44,294 bases of DNA, taken from contig NIVC01002198.1 of assembly GCA_002269645.1 (NCBI GenBank), forward strand, positions 1-44,294, written 5' to 3'. The position numbers were made by a program, and so were the translations under genes. The first letter of the stretch is position 1; each line of letters starts with the position of its first letter. This document shows, one piece after another, positions 26,256 through 38,405 of this stretch. The notes under the pieces are model-generated. The model made no database searches, was not told the origin of the DNA, and worked only from the letters and a program-made list of their open reading frames with translations. The stretch is from Macrostomum lignano (taxonomy: Eukaryota).

Positions 26256-29200
26256 TTACACCGAGTTATTGCTGGTCATTAAGTAGGGCCGCTCCTGTAA
26301 CAAAATTTGTAGTGAAAAACTTTACTTTAATAGATTTTAAAAAGTAGCAAGGAACAGATATTTAAAGCCTAAATTAAGATTACCCGAGTTGGACAGGAAA
26401 AGCTACCAGCAGGATCCCAGTTGGTGGTCTTCTGGCCCACTGGTTCCAGCTGAAGTTTCGGTTTGGTTTTTGCTTTCGTTAAAATTTAATATATTCAGTT
26501 ATATTTTGACACCGATTACAGCATCAATATCACAGATTACAGCATCAATATCACAGATTACAGCATCAATATCACAGATTACAGCATCAATATCACAGAT
26601 TACAGCATCAATATCACAGTCGATTACAGCATCAATATCACAGTCGATTACAGCATCAATATCACAGATTACAGCATCAATATCACAGATTACAGCATCA
26701 ATATCACAGATTACAGCATCAATATCACAGATTACAGCATCAATATCACAGATTACAGCATCAATATCACAGATTACAGCATCAATATCACAGATTATAC
26801 CATCAATATCACAGATTACAGCATCAATATCACAGATTACAGCATCAACATCACAGATTACAGCATCAATATCACAGATTACAGCATCAATATCACAGAT
26901 TACAGCATCAATATCACAGATTACAGCATCAATATCACAGATTACAGCATCAATATCACAGATTACAGCATCAATATCACAGATTACAGCATCAATATCA
27001 CAGTCGATTACAGCATAAATATCACAGATTACAGCATAAATATCACAGATTACAGCATCAATATCACAGATTATAGCATCAATATCACAGATTACAGCAT
27101 CAATATCACAGATTACAGCATCAACATCACGGATTACAGCATCAATATCACAGATTACAGCATCAATATCACAGATTACAGCATCAATATCACAGATTAC
27201 AGCATCAATATCACAGATTACAGCATCAATATCACAGATTACAGCATCAATATCACAGATTACAGCATCAATATCACACATTACAGCATCAATATCACAG
27301 ATTACAGCATCAATATCACACATTACAGCATCAATATCACAGATTACAGCATCAATATCACCGATTACAGCATCAATATCACAGATTACAGCATCAATAT
27401 CACAGATTACAGCATCAATATCACAGATTACAGCATCAATATTACAGATTACAGCATCAATATCAGATTACAGCATCAATATCAGATTACAGCATCAATA
27501 TCACAGATTACAGCATCAATATCACAGATTACAGCATCAATATCACAGATTACAGCATCAATATCACAGATTACAGCATCAATATCACAGATTACAGCAT
27601 CAATATCACAGATTACAGCATCAATATCACAGATTACAGCATCAACATCACAGATTACAGCATCAATATCACAGATTACAGCATCAATATCACAGATTAC
27701 AGCATCAATATCACAGTCGATTACAGCATAAATATCACAGATTACAGCATAAATATCACAGATTACAGCATCAATATCACAGATTACAGCATCAATATCA
27801 CAGTCGATTACAGCATAAATATCACAGATTACAGCATAAATATCACAGATTACAGCATCAATATCACAGATTATAGCATTAATATCACAGATTACAGCAT
27901 CAATATCACAGATTACAGCATCAACATCACGGATTACAGCATCAATATCACCGATTACAGCATCAATATCACAGATTACAGCATCAATATCACAGATTAC
28001 AGCATCAATATCACAGATTACAGCATCAATATCACAGATTACAGCATCAATATCACAGATTACAGCATCAATATCACAGATTACAGCATCAATATCACAG
28101 ATTACAGCATCAATATCACACATTACAGCATCAATATCACAGATTACAGCATCAATATCACCGATTACAGCATCAATATCACAGATTACAGCATCAATAT
28201 CACAGATTACAGCATCAATATCACAGATTACAGCATCAATATCACAGATTACAGCATTAATATCACAGATTACAGCATTAATATAACAGATTACAGCATC
28301 AATATCACAGATTACAGTATCAATGCCGCAGACTACGTCATCTTGCATTAAAAGGGCTGCATTCAGTGTTGCTCATCGTCTCACCATATTGTTCCACAGT
28401 CCTTTGCCTGCGGCGCTGTGACCTCGCACACCAAAGTGGAAACAGTCTGGCGCAAAGAAGTCGAAGTCGATTTCTCCGTTGATCCTTGGCGGCTGGCTGT
28501 CGCGCAGGAACGGCTGGTTCACCACAGTGAAGTCGTCGAGGGTCTCATAACGACCAGAGTCAATCAGTTCGTTGAGCAGCCGCTGATAGTCCTTCTGCAG
28601 ATTGGCGATCTCTTGCTCCTAGTAGATTGGTTTGATTGAATTTGAGGTGAAGGTGCTCAAAGCTTCATTTTAGTTCTCGATTTTGAGGAATTATGAGCTC
28701 ATACGATAATTCACGAGCACGTGCAGTTTCTAGCCGTCAAGTTACGAGTTTGGAAACGATACCTGTTCCTCGCTCTCAGGGAAAGCTGGACACTTGCAGA
28801 GCATCGACCCCAGCAGCACGGAGCAGGTGGGGCTGCCGTCCTTCAGCTCCTTCACTAGAGTGACATCCAGAACTTCGACAACGTTGACAAAGGCTCGAGG
28901 CACATTATCGTGCAGATAGTCTAGCGCGTTGCGAATATGCCGGATGTAGTTCTCGGGGCTGAAAATTTCCTAGAAAATGATCAACCAGTTAAAAAGATTT
29001 TGCTATTACGTTGTTAGTGTTCCACAACCGAGTTTCGACCAGTGTAAATCGTCTTGTTGTCTTTTCAACAAACCTTATCCTTGCAGTAGTCACAGATGTC
29101 GTTTCCGCCAACGAATATAGTTATCAACTTCCAATCGTTGTTAAAGTCCACTTTAGAGTCGGATTTTAACTTTCTGACCAACGACTCGGCTTGGCTTGGC

Positions 29201-31604
29201 ATATCGCTGAAATTCAGACATCAGATCAGACATCGTCACACAACCAGCGCTGGGGTAATTCTGCCCATTCCGCTGACTCCTGAGTACATACAAGCGCGCC
29301 AATACTGTGTGCAGGTGCGCGCTCATGCACACGCTCACACAGGGTGTACAGCTGCTCTTTGGCTTTCTAATCGTCAGGAATGTACACCCAGCCAGTTTTG
29401 ATGTACAAGTCTCAAATTAATGTAACTAACAGGTGAGCACTGTAACTAACAGGTGAGCACTGTAACTAACAGGTGAGCACTGTAACTAACAGGTGAGCAC
29501 TGTAACTAACGGGTGAGCACTGTAACTAACAGGTGAGCACTCTAACTTACAGGTGAGCACTGTAACTAACAGGTGAGCACTGTAACTAACAGGTGAGCAC
29601 TGTAACTAACAGGTGAGCACTGTAACTAACAGGTGAGCACTGTAACTAACAGGTGAGCACTGTAACTAACAGGTGAGCACTGTAACTAACAGGTGAGCAC
29701 TGTAACTAACAGGTGAGCACTGTAACTAACAGGTGAGCACTGTAACTAACGGGTGAGCACTGTAACTAACAGGTGAGCACTGTAACTAACAGGTGAGCAC
29801 TGTAACTAACAGGTGAGCACTGTAACTAACAGGTGAGCACTGTAACTAACAGGTGAGCACTGTAACTATCAGGTGAGCATCATAACAAACAAGTGAGCAC
29901 AGCGTCCCAAACAACCCCAAACAAAATCCCAGCAGCAGCTCACGAAGCAAGTTTTCCCGGCTCAGCAACGTTCAGCCTGGCAACCGAAGAAATCACATTC
30001 CCGTTGCCAGTCGAATAACCATAAAGATTTGTCTGCTTGTGACGAATAATGTCTGGAATAAAATAAACACTTTGTTGAAATTCAATCGATGCTGTGATAG
30101 TCAACTATAGTTCAAATTTGAGTAAGGCTTACTAGGAAGAGTTGAGTGCTCCTCAGGAGTTGGTTCGCCACCGATACTAAAACCGGTATGCAAAAAATCA
30201 CATTAAATACTAAACATACATGAAACTGTAACCATCAATATCTTCTGATTATGAAAAAGTGTAGTGAAGAAGAGATGCAAGATCTGGAATTCAGGGAGTT
30301 GATGCTCAGGATGCAGGAAAGGGAAGTTCAGGATGCAGGGAGGGGAATCTCAGGATGTAGGGAGGGGAATCTCAGGATGCAGGGAGGGGAATCTTAGGAT
30401 GAAGGGATGGGAATCCCAGGATGCAGGGAGGGGAATCTTAGGATGAAGGGATGGGAATCTCAGGATGCAAGGAGGGGAATCTTAGGATGAAGGGATGGGA
30501 ATCTCAGGATGCAGGGAGGGGAATCTTAGGATGAAGGGATGGGAATCTCAGGATGCAGGGAGGGGAATCTTAGGATGAAGGGATGGGAATCTCAGGATGC
30601 AGGGAGGGGAATCTTAGGATGAAGGGATGGGAATCTCAGGATGCAGGGAGGGGAATCTCAGGATGCAGGGAGGGGAATCTCAGGATGCAGGGAGGGGAAT
30701 CTCAGGATGCAGGGAGGGGAATCTCAGGATGCAAGGAGGGGAATCTCAGGATGCAGGGAGGGGAATCTCAGGATGCAGGGAGCGGAATCTCCTACCTCCA
30801 AGCGTAGCCCCTGTACTCAATGAGCAGACCAACAATTCCAGTGGCCCGAGCTCCGCTGCCGGCAGTCAGCGAATCGCCCATCGCTGCGACAACGTCAATA
30901 TCGGCTGGTCGAAGTCGATGCACGGAGGTTGGTGGCTCTGTCGATCGTTGCAGGTCGCAGGGGAAATCCAATTTTGGAGTGGATTGCCTACTAGATCGGC
31001 GGCTGGCTCTGACCATCTGATCCTGAACAGCCCAGCGATGGTACACCGGGTGCGACTGCACCGCGGTGACTGCCTGCAGCAGACGACTGCTCCAGTCGGT
31101 GGTGCTGCGGTCGCTCACTCGGCTGCTGACGTACTCGATGGCTGAGTGGATCTCTGCTTTGGAAGGCTGGCTGACTGAAATTTTGCGGAAAGGCGGAGTT
31201 ATATTTTTTACAGAGTGAATTCTCAGTAGTTACAGGAGTGCCTTTGGTTCAGAGAGTGACTTTGTTTGTCCAGAGAGTGAATTTCATCAATTCTAGCAAA
31301 GGAATTTTGTTTAATCGAAAGGTGACTTTTGTCTAGTCCAGAGAGTGCCTTTTGTTTAGACTAGAGAGCGACTTTTGACTAGCCTAGAGAGTGACTTTTG
31401 ACTAGCCTATAGAGAGTGACTTTTGACTAGCTTAGAGAGTGACTTCTGTCTAGTCCAGAGAGTGACCTTTTCGATGCAAGTGTGCTTCAAGAATTACATC
31501 GGGAAATGCAGTTTAATTAAACAAAAAATGAGCAACTCAAACTCACATGAGGAATCGACAGCAGAAATTCCAACCAGCAAAAGCAGCGACAGAACAGTCG
31601 ACAT
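26256..31604 (-). CDS. PLB1-like: Phospholipase B1-like GDSL/SGNH lipase, single catalytic domain, signal peptide, about 422 aa, 9 exons
   Basis: Exons 31604-31547, 31174-30796, 30176-30133, 30052-29944, 29206-29074, 28969-28763, 28618-28385, 26449-26384, 26294-26256. All introns are GT-AG, phases are consistent, total 1269 nt. Motifs: MSTVLSLLLLVGISA signal; PTSVHRLRPADIDVVAAMGDSLTAG; YRGYAWSIGG; LNVAEPG; DWKLITIFVGGNDICDYC; VPRAFVN; FTVVNQPF; FAPDCFHF; LWNNMLEPVGQK; CPT-RERPYL. Confidence 0.95.
26511..28324. repeat. 21-bp minisatellite (GATTACAGCATCAATATCACA)n, about 86 copies, in PLB1-like intron 7
   Basis: Period 21 with 24-bp (CAGTCGATTAC) and 20-bp variants; fills about 1.8 kb of the 1935-nt intron. 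Confidence 0.98.
29421..29900. repeat. 20-bp minisatellite (TGTAACTAACAGGTGAGCAC)n, about 24 copies, in PLB1-like intron 4
   Basis: Near-perfect period 20. Confidence 0.98.
30300..30790. repeat. 22-bp minisatellite (GGGAGGGGAATCTCAGGATGCA)n with a 44-bp dimeric sub-array, in PLB1-like intron 2
   Basis: Period 22 (30661 to 30683); alternating GGGAGGGGAATCTTAGGATGAA / GGGATGGGAATCTCAGGATGCA at about 30380-30650. Confidence 0.96.
31233..31471. repeat. Degenerate ~23-bp minisatellite (AGAGAGTGACTTTTGACTAGCCT)n in PLB1-like intron 1
   Basis: AGAGAGTGAC/AGAGAGTGCC cores recur about 9-10 times. Confidence 0.85.
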
Positions 31605-32174
31605 GATCAGAAACGGATTACCACCCTGACAGAGCGCTTTCGGTGTTGTTTTACTGAAGTTACACGACTGTTTTCTTATGAAAAGAAAGAACAAACTAGC
31701 CAGAATCTAAGCTGTGTGCTGCAAGACTAATTTTTATTAACCCGTGGCAATTAAAAATCGGTTATTAAATTGTTGCCAATTGGTAATATTCAGTTTTTTT
31801 CAAAGCAGCAATCCTTGAGAAAATCGACACCTGGAACCGGTGACGCCTGGAGAAGAGTCACAAAGGAAGGTCTCTCCCTGTTCACTGTGTGGCGTGATAA
31901 AAGCCAGGGTTCAGCTACTAACAGAAAATGACTTTCCGAACTAAAAATTGCCCAATGAAGCTTAATCTCAACTGTGAATTGAAAGATTTACTACATGTTA
32001 TACTACTCACTAATTAGTAGCTTTAAATAGTAGTTGGTTCTAATTTACGATATTCGATTATGTTAGATAATTTATTATACGAGTGCTATAGTATTATAGT
32101 CTATATTACGTCCTTTTTACGTCCTTTTAAACGCAAATCATGCAATTTACACTGGAAGCGTGTTTTTTCGCACA

Positions 32175-32426
32175 AATTGGAATCTCGGCTTGGCTCTGCT
32201 CGTGCAATTAACGCCCAGCTTGAGGGCCAACCCCCAAGGCACAGTGAAGTGTACATGCCTAACGATAAACAAAGTTAAGGCCACTGTACACTCCTGTGTG
32301 AGTGTGTGCCTGCGTACGTATCCGCGCGCTTGTGTGCCTGCTCAGGGGAGTCAGAGGAATAAGGGCAGTAATGCCTCTCACTGGTTGTGCGACAATGTCG
32401 CTTAAAGTGCACCAGGGTGCACACAG
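32175..32426 (+). mobile_element. 5'-truncated copy of the dispersed SINE-like element at 35.3 kb
   Basis: High similarity to 35349-35599 (AATTGGAATCTCGGCTTGGCTCTGCTCGTGCAATTAACGCCCAGCTTGAGGGCCAACCCCCAAGGCACAG...), same orientation, no tRNA-like head. Confidence 0.7.
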
Positions 32427-33398
32427 CCCTCCCCCTCTAATAAAAATTCTCTTTACGTCTTTTGAGCGAATTTGTCTATGGCCAAACCCCATTAGGCGAT
32501 GTGAAAAAAGCAACTTTGGCAAAATCCGTTTAGAAAATAAAAACGTCTGCATTTCGAGCGTCGCCACTCGCCAAAAATACTACTACTTTTTCTAAACTTT
32601 TTTCTCAATAAACTTGTTTGTGCACCTCAGACAAAGCCTATATTCGTTAATGCATTTTGCACCGAAAACGTCAGCCTCCAACGAACTTTAACTGCAAGTG
32701 CAGCGTCCTACGAGTATTTTAGCTGTCCATTCATCAAACAAGGCAAGTAAACATGGTACGCAATAAAATAAGGTGAGCAAAAATCAATGGCTGGGCTAGA
32801 AGACGTTGGCCTATGTAGGGCAGAGTAACACACGAGACAAACCCAGCCAACACAGGTGCAGATTGGTGACAAATAGTTCGCTTCTCTTGTCAACCTTCTA
32901 AAGTGGCGAGGCTTGGAAGTTCTGAGAGGGGTGGCTGGCGTGGGGGTTGGGGTTTTGGGGGGGGGTTGGGTCCGGAGGTCTTATTCGGAAGTCATTGATT
33001 CACTCCATTCATTTTGGTCTGGCGTGGTTGTGGTGGAATGAGGGAGAGAGAGGAGTGTAGTAGGCAGAGATAAGGCAAGAACGATTGTGTGTGCCTGCGT
33101 GTAGGGGCCTATTACGCAATCTCTGCCCCGCCACCCCACTAGCACACACCCCCTGCCGCGTTGAACCGTTGAACTGAACTGTACATTTACACCCTAAAAC
33201 CCCCCTCCATTGTGCGCACAATGACTGCCGCAACACCCCAGCATGCGTGGAGGAAAACCAAGCCCCGGTTTTATGCATGCGTGGCCAAGAAGACAGTGAG
33301 CCGGGCCCCGGAGAGAACACAACGCAGAGAGAAAGGCAGCGGGAACGGGAGAACAACCCAAGTCAAAACAACAACTGTTGCCACCGTCACTGCCCAGC

Positions 33399-36233
33399 AT
33401 GCACCGCTATCAACTGTCGCCTATTCACCGACATCAGAGAAGTCTAGCGGCTGCATCTTCCAGTCGGAATGCCCGGCCGCAGGGTCTGCCTCAGCCGCCG
33501 CCCGCCGTAAAATTCTGCCTCGCTTTGGGAGAATCTCCTAGTCCCAACGCATCGGCTTTCTCGTTGTCTTCCCTGTCCGCTGCTGACGAAGCGCCAGCGA
33601 CTATGCCGCGGCAGCCGTTGAAACGCTTTCTCGAGCCGCCGCGTCCCGTTACCATGACAACTTGTTGCCAGGCCGAGTGCAAAACCGGAGAAGGTTCCTC
33701 GCAGAATGGACTGTCTCAGGCTGACAATCGGCAGAAGCAGCAACAGCAGCTCCGGTTAGTCTACTGTGAGAACAGCTTGTCCAGGTTCCGGCCGCCGCCT
33801 CGGCGAACTCTGTCCTTCCCGCCGCCCATTGCGTGCTCAACTCGAGCCCTGCCGATTCTTGTTCAACCGCTGGAGTGTCTGGCAGCGGCAAGCCCTGACC
33901 AGGCCGACACCGCCAAGTTCACCGCCTCTCCAACTCCGTCGCCGATTGTCCTAACCGAGTCGCCGACTCATGCCGGCTGTCGTCGCCGTGCCGACCGACG
34001 CAGGCGTAGAGTTCGGTTTGCCGACGCGCTGGGCTTTGAGCTGACGAATGTACGCGTCGTGGTCTGCGATCCGGAGGAGCCGCCGGTTATTCCTGGCCAC
34101 GTGCTGAAAGCTCTTCGACGCCAAATGTCGCTTAGGGCGGCCGGGGCGAACTACGAACGACAATGGGACGATGACTATGGATTCGGGTTCGAGGAGGGCG
34201 CGGTCGCTGAGCGTGCGGGTGAGTTACTACAATACAATCGGAAATTTCCAGGATGCACCCAGACTCCCTCCTCGAGGAGGTACACCCAACACGAGTTTAT
34301 TTCCCCCTAGATTCTTCCCCAAACCTCCCCTAATTCCCCCAAGATTCTTCTCCTAATCTCTTGAGATTCTTCCCTGAAATCCTCCCAAGATTCTTCCCCA
34401 AACCTTCTACGAGTTCTTCCCCAAAATTCTCCTGATATTCTTCCCCATAATTCCCCCGAGATTCTTCCTCAAACTTTGCTCGAGATTCTTGCCAAATCCC
34501 CCCCAGATTCTTCCCATAATTTTCTAAAACTCTTCATCAAATCTCACCTGAGCTTCTAAGCCCTGGGAATCTTGTAAAAATCGATGTCAATCAAAGTTTC
34601 TCCCCATCAATCCCATCTTAGCCGGAGTCGACAAGCCACCAAAGCCGGCGCCACTGGGCTACTCAACCTGCTGGAGGCCTCTGTTCTCAACGCAACCACC
34701 GACCGATGCTGTGGAGAGACGCGTTGCTGATGAGAAAATCGCGATGGAGTCGGTCAGGCTGGAGACAATGGCACTGGAGGCCAGTGTGCAAGTGCAAAAC
34801 CTTGGACCAGTGAAACAGGTTTGTCAAGACTGGTTGGGGACTATTCTCAAATTTCGTAGTATTCGCGTTGTATAATCAAGATTTTTTAAATGCACTATAG
34901 GAATAGAAATCTACAATTTACTTTATAAGTTACTAAAAAGGTAACGCTTGTAATAGAGAATTAAAAAACTTCTCAAATCAATCAGACTTGGAAGCATGCC
35001 CTTTGCTGCCAGAAACCCGATTTAGTGTACAGCTCAGCCTACTGACAGTAGGCTTGTTAGAATTCTAATTCAACATGTCCAACTAGTTGGTTGGAATCAG
35101 TTAGAGTCATTTAACCTACGAACGTAAAGTTCATAGATTAAAAAAATAACAAATAACAATCAAGGAAAATTTTTGTGACTTTTCGGGAGCGAGGTGGCTT
35201 CGCCAGTTTGTCAATTTAAAATCAGATAAAATTTGTTATTAGAAACTATCCAAATTGAAGCAAATTTCGAGTTTTAGTAACGGGCCGTAGCCTAGAGGTC
35301 CAGCGGCCCAGGCTCGATTCCAAGTGCAGTCGCATTGATTTGGGGCTGAATTGGAATCTCGGCTTGGCTCTGCTCGTGCAATTAACGCCCAGCTTGAGGG
35401 CCAACCCCCAAGGCACAGTGAAGTGTACATGCCTAACGATAAATAAAGTTAGGGCCGCTGTACACTCCTGTGTGAGTGTGTGCCTGTGCGTATGACTGCG
35501 TACGTATCCGCGCGCTTGTGTGCCTGCTCAGGGGAGTCGGCGGAATGGGGGCAGCAATGCCTCTCGCCAGTCGCTTAAAGTGCGCCAGGGTGCACACAGA
35601 ACCCTGCCTCTAACTAAACTAAACAGGGCCGCTATTCACCCTTTGGGAGTGTGTGCCTGCGCACATTGTGGGTGTGCATTCTCAGAGGTCAGCGAAATGG
35701 TTGACTGTCGCCTGAGTGTTGTGGCTCATGGGGATAATTTTTGAGATGTCGAGGCTCATTGGGGGGGGGGGCAAAGCTCAAAGGTGATCTGATAGCTGTC
35801 TCTCAGGGCGGATGATTTTTGCTTTATGCATTGTCTTCCTTCAGAGCCCAAAAATAATGACTGTACAAGGTCAAAACCTACGTGTAATTTAATTTTTTGC
35901 CTCCATAACGGGGGAGGGCATGGATTGCTAGTTTTTCACCTGTAGCTGCCTAATTCCACACAGGTATGGTTGCGACTTACCGACAGTTCGTGGCGGCATC
36001 ACACTGACTTGCATCTGCAGTTCGCCAATCAGCTAGCCGATGGCGCGGTGGACAGGTTCACCCTTCGCACCTGCCTACCAATTAGCGCTTTTGAATCGCA
36101 ACGATTGGAATTCGCTCTGGGATTTCGAGTTGAAGGCGTCGAAGGCGAGTTCTGGGACAACAATAGCGGTTTTAACTACGCATTCGAACGGCTGCCACAG
36201 CTGCATAGGGCTCGTGCGCTTGCTATTGACTGA
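33399..36233 (+). CDS. PPP1R3-like: Protein phosphatase 1 glycogen-targeting regulatory subunit (PPP1R3 family, CBM21), about 428 aa, 3 exons
   Basis: Exons 33399-34218, 34622-34818, 35964-36233 (phases 1, 0; total 1287 nt). RVxF motif RRRVRFADALGFELTNVR...EEPPVIP. CBM21: FSTQP...RV..EKIAMESV...SVQVQNLGPVKQVWLRLTDSSW...DRFT...LP...LEFA...FWDNNSGFNY. Start ATG uncertain. Confidence 0.92.
34295..34555. repeat. Degenerate ~20-bp repeat with an AGATTCTTCCC core in PPP1R3-like intron 1
   Basis: (A/G/C)AGATTCTTC(C) recurs about 8-10 times with variable spacers. Confidence 0.75.
35281..35599 (+). mobile_element. tRNA-headed SINE-like element in PPP1R3-like intron 2
   Basis: A box TAGCCTAGAGG (35288) and B box GGCTCGATTCC (35311), followed by a body shared with 32175-32426. 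Confidence 0.65.
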
Positions 36234-38405
36234 CCTGACGTGATTTGACACACCTAGCCTTATTTAGAGCAGCTGAAACACTGGCTTAGCAATTTACCTT
36301 TGTCTATAGCTGTCTCAGTGAATGAAAAGTCGTGTCTTAAACGTTTTTGCTAATCTTTTTTGCGTTTATTGGCTTTTTATCGTCCCCATTCAATTGGCTT
36401 CCGCTGTGTGCTCAGAAAATTAAATCATCTAAATTAGCAAACAACTCAGTAGTAACTCTGGTGATTCTAGGTAGACTCTGGTGACTTTTTAGCGACTCGA
36501 ACGATTGCAATGCGACGGAGAGGCGACTGTTGAGTCACGAACGCATCACATGAGTTGCTGAATCGTAAAAGTCACGAAAAGTCGCCCCAAGAGTCGTGTT
36601 AGCGCTTAACTTTCTACTAACTCAACTAGACTCAATAGAGTTGTAAATCCGAAATGCGAAATCATATAGTGACACAGGTGCGCTTTCGACTCAACTCAGC
36701 GATTCTACAACGACTCTGGGCACGCCTCAGATACGACTCTGCGGCCACTGAGTCACTTGTGTCACCCCCAGAGTCGTTTCAAAGTCGCAGGCAGTAAAAC
36801 ATGTCAAATTGACTCTCAGGGAACTCTTTGACGACTTTTTGGCGACTTGTATCAAGCAATGCCGTCAATTTATAGCTTCTTTCCTATTTTACCTGTCATC
36901 TGCATGCATCGACTCTGAAACGATTCTTTGACGATGTGACACTGGGTCGCTTCTTGACCTAGGTTACCGTTTTCTCTGGCGTTTTTATAGTCCCAATAAA
37001 CCCTGACGTTTGTTTGGCTTTTAGAGCTTATATAAAATGCCAAACTTCTCGATTTACGAGTTATGTTTTATGAATATTTTTCCCCGGTTTTTAATGTCTC
37101 TATGCTGCATAGTTAATTCAATAAAAGTTCAAATGATATTTCATACTGAAAACTGACTACTGACTCATATTTTTGTATTTGACTGTTTAAACAAATATGA
37201 TTTATTACTGTGCTTAGTTTTACCAAGGTTACTTGTAAATTTTACTAATTTGAATTAATTGTTAGCCCGTAGGCCCCGTACAGTCCTCTTGGTGTCCTGT
37301 AGTTTCCCTTTGATCTGTTATTTTGAATCTGTCTCGATACTCAAGTACGCTCGTATATCTCAATACAGCTTAATTTACTGGGTTGAGTCAAGTTTGACTC
37401 AATAGAATCTAAATTAGAAATAAAATTTTGTTTTAACTTATGCTTACCCGTGCGCTACATGAATAGCCCGTGTGCTTTTATATATGTTCGACCTTGCAAC
37501 TTTGCTTGGTCGATTAAAACAACAATAAAATTCGTGTTGACACTGATGAAAAGTTCATCCCTTAATTAAAAGCTTGCACTGAGCAGCATTTTAAGCTATT
37601 CAGTTACGGAAAGGGTTCTAGTTTATCTGAACTTTATGCAACACTTGAGCAGAGTCCAGTAAGTCTTCAAATCTGGATATCTGGACCAAAGCGAGACCAT
37701 GCAGCGCGCGCACTTTTGAGTGGCAGAGCACAATGCATTCGCGGTATAATGAAAGTCGCACAATGGCACTCATTTTTTAGAATCCTAGTAATCATTATTT
37801 CAGCTACCGAATTGACCCTTTCGAGACCTACGAGTATCTACGTGTATCAACTCTGTCTTACAGTGCACTGTTGTCTGTCACACCTTTTAATCACACCTTC
37901 AACTTTTTCAAATGTATTAACTGGCTAGAATTGGACTTAGCTATCGCATTGCTTAGCAAAGGTGAGATAAGCTACAGGCAATACAGAAGCCAACTTGACC
38001 TTCGCCACCCAGCAAGCCAGTGCAATATGCCTTTGATACCGAACTGGACCCACTGTTCTGACGCACGCGGTGCCAAGGTGAACTCTGCGACTGACCCCCC
38101 CCCCCGAGTCTCATGGCCCCGATAAGACTCAGCAGAATTGGACAGCGCGGCGGTATTTGAGTTCTGCAATAAATCTGTAATCAGCCAGCGAGGCCGGTTA
38201 TTTTATTCAAAGTGAGAGCACAATATCGTCGAATGGTCAGTCTCGATAAGCGCATGAAGTCGAGCGGGAATAGTTGACCCCAACTGTCAATCAGCATTGT
38301 AGGCCTGCGCGTGTATCTCAATAACGAAATCTATTTATCGAACTATACCCAAGCCTATACCCAGGAAAATTTTATCATCCAAGCACGTCCGTTGAACTTC
38401 AAAAA

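Noticed and set aside
26389-28348. ITASISQ and CDIDAVI repeat ORFs
   Set aside because: Translations of the 21-bp intronic array; the PLB1-like exons splice cleanly around it.
34219-34310. C-terminal part of ORF 33378-34310, and similarly 38977-39056 and 39396-39552
   Set aside because: Read-through into introns past consensus GTGAGT/GTAAGG donors or before acceptors; family motifs resume in the next exons.
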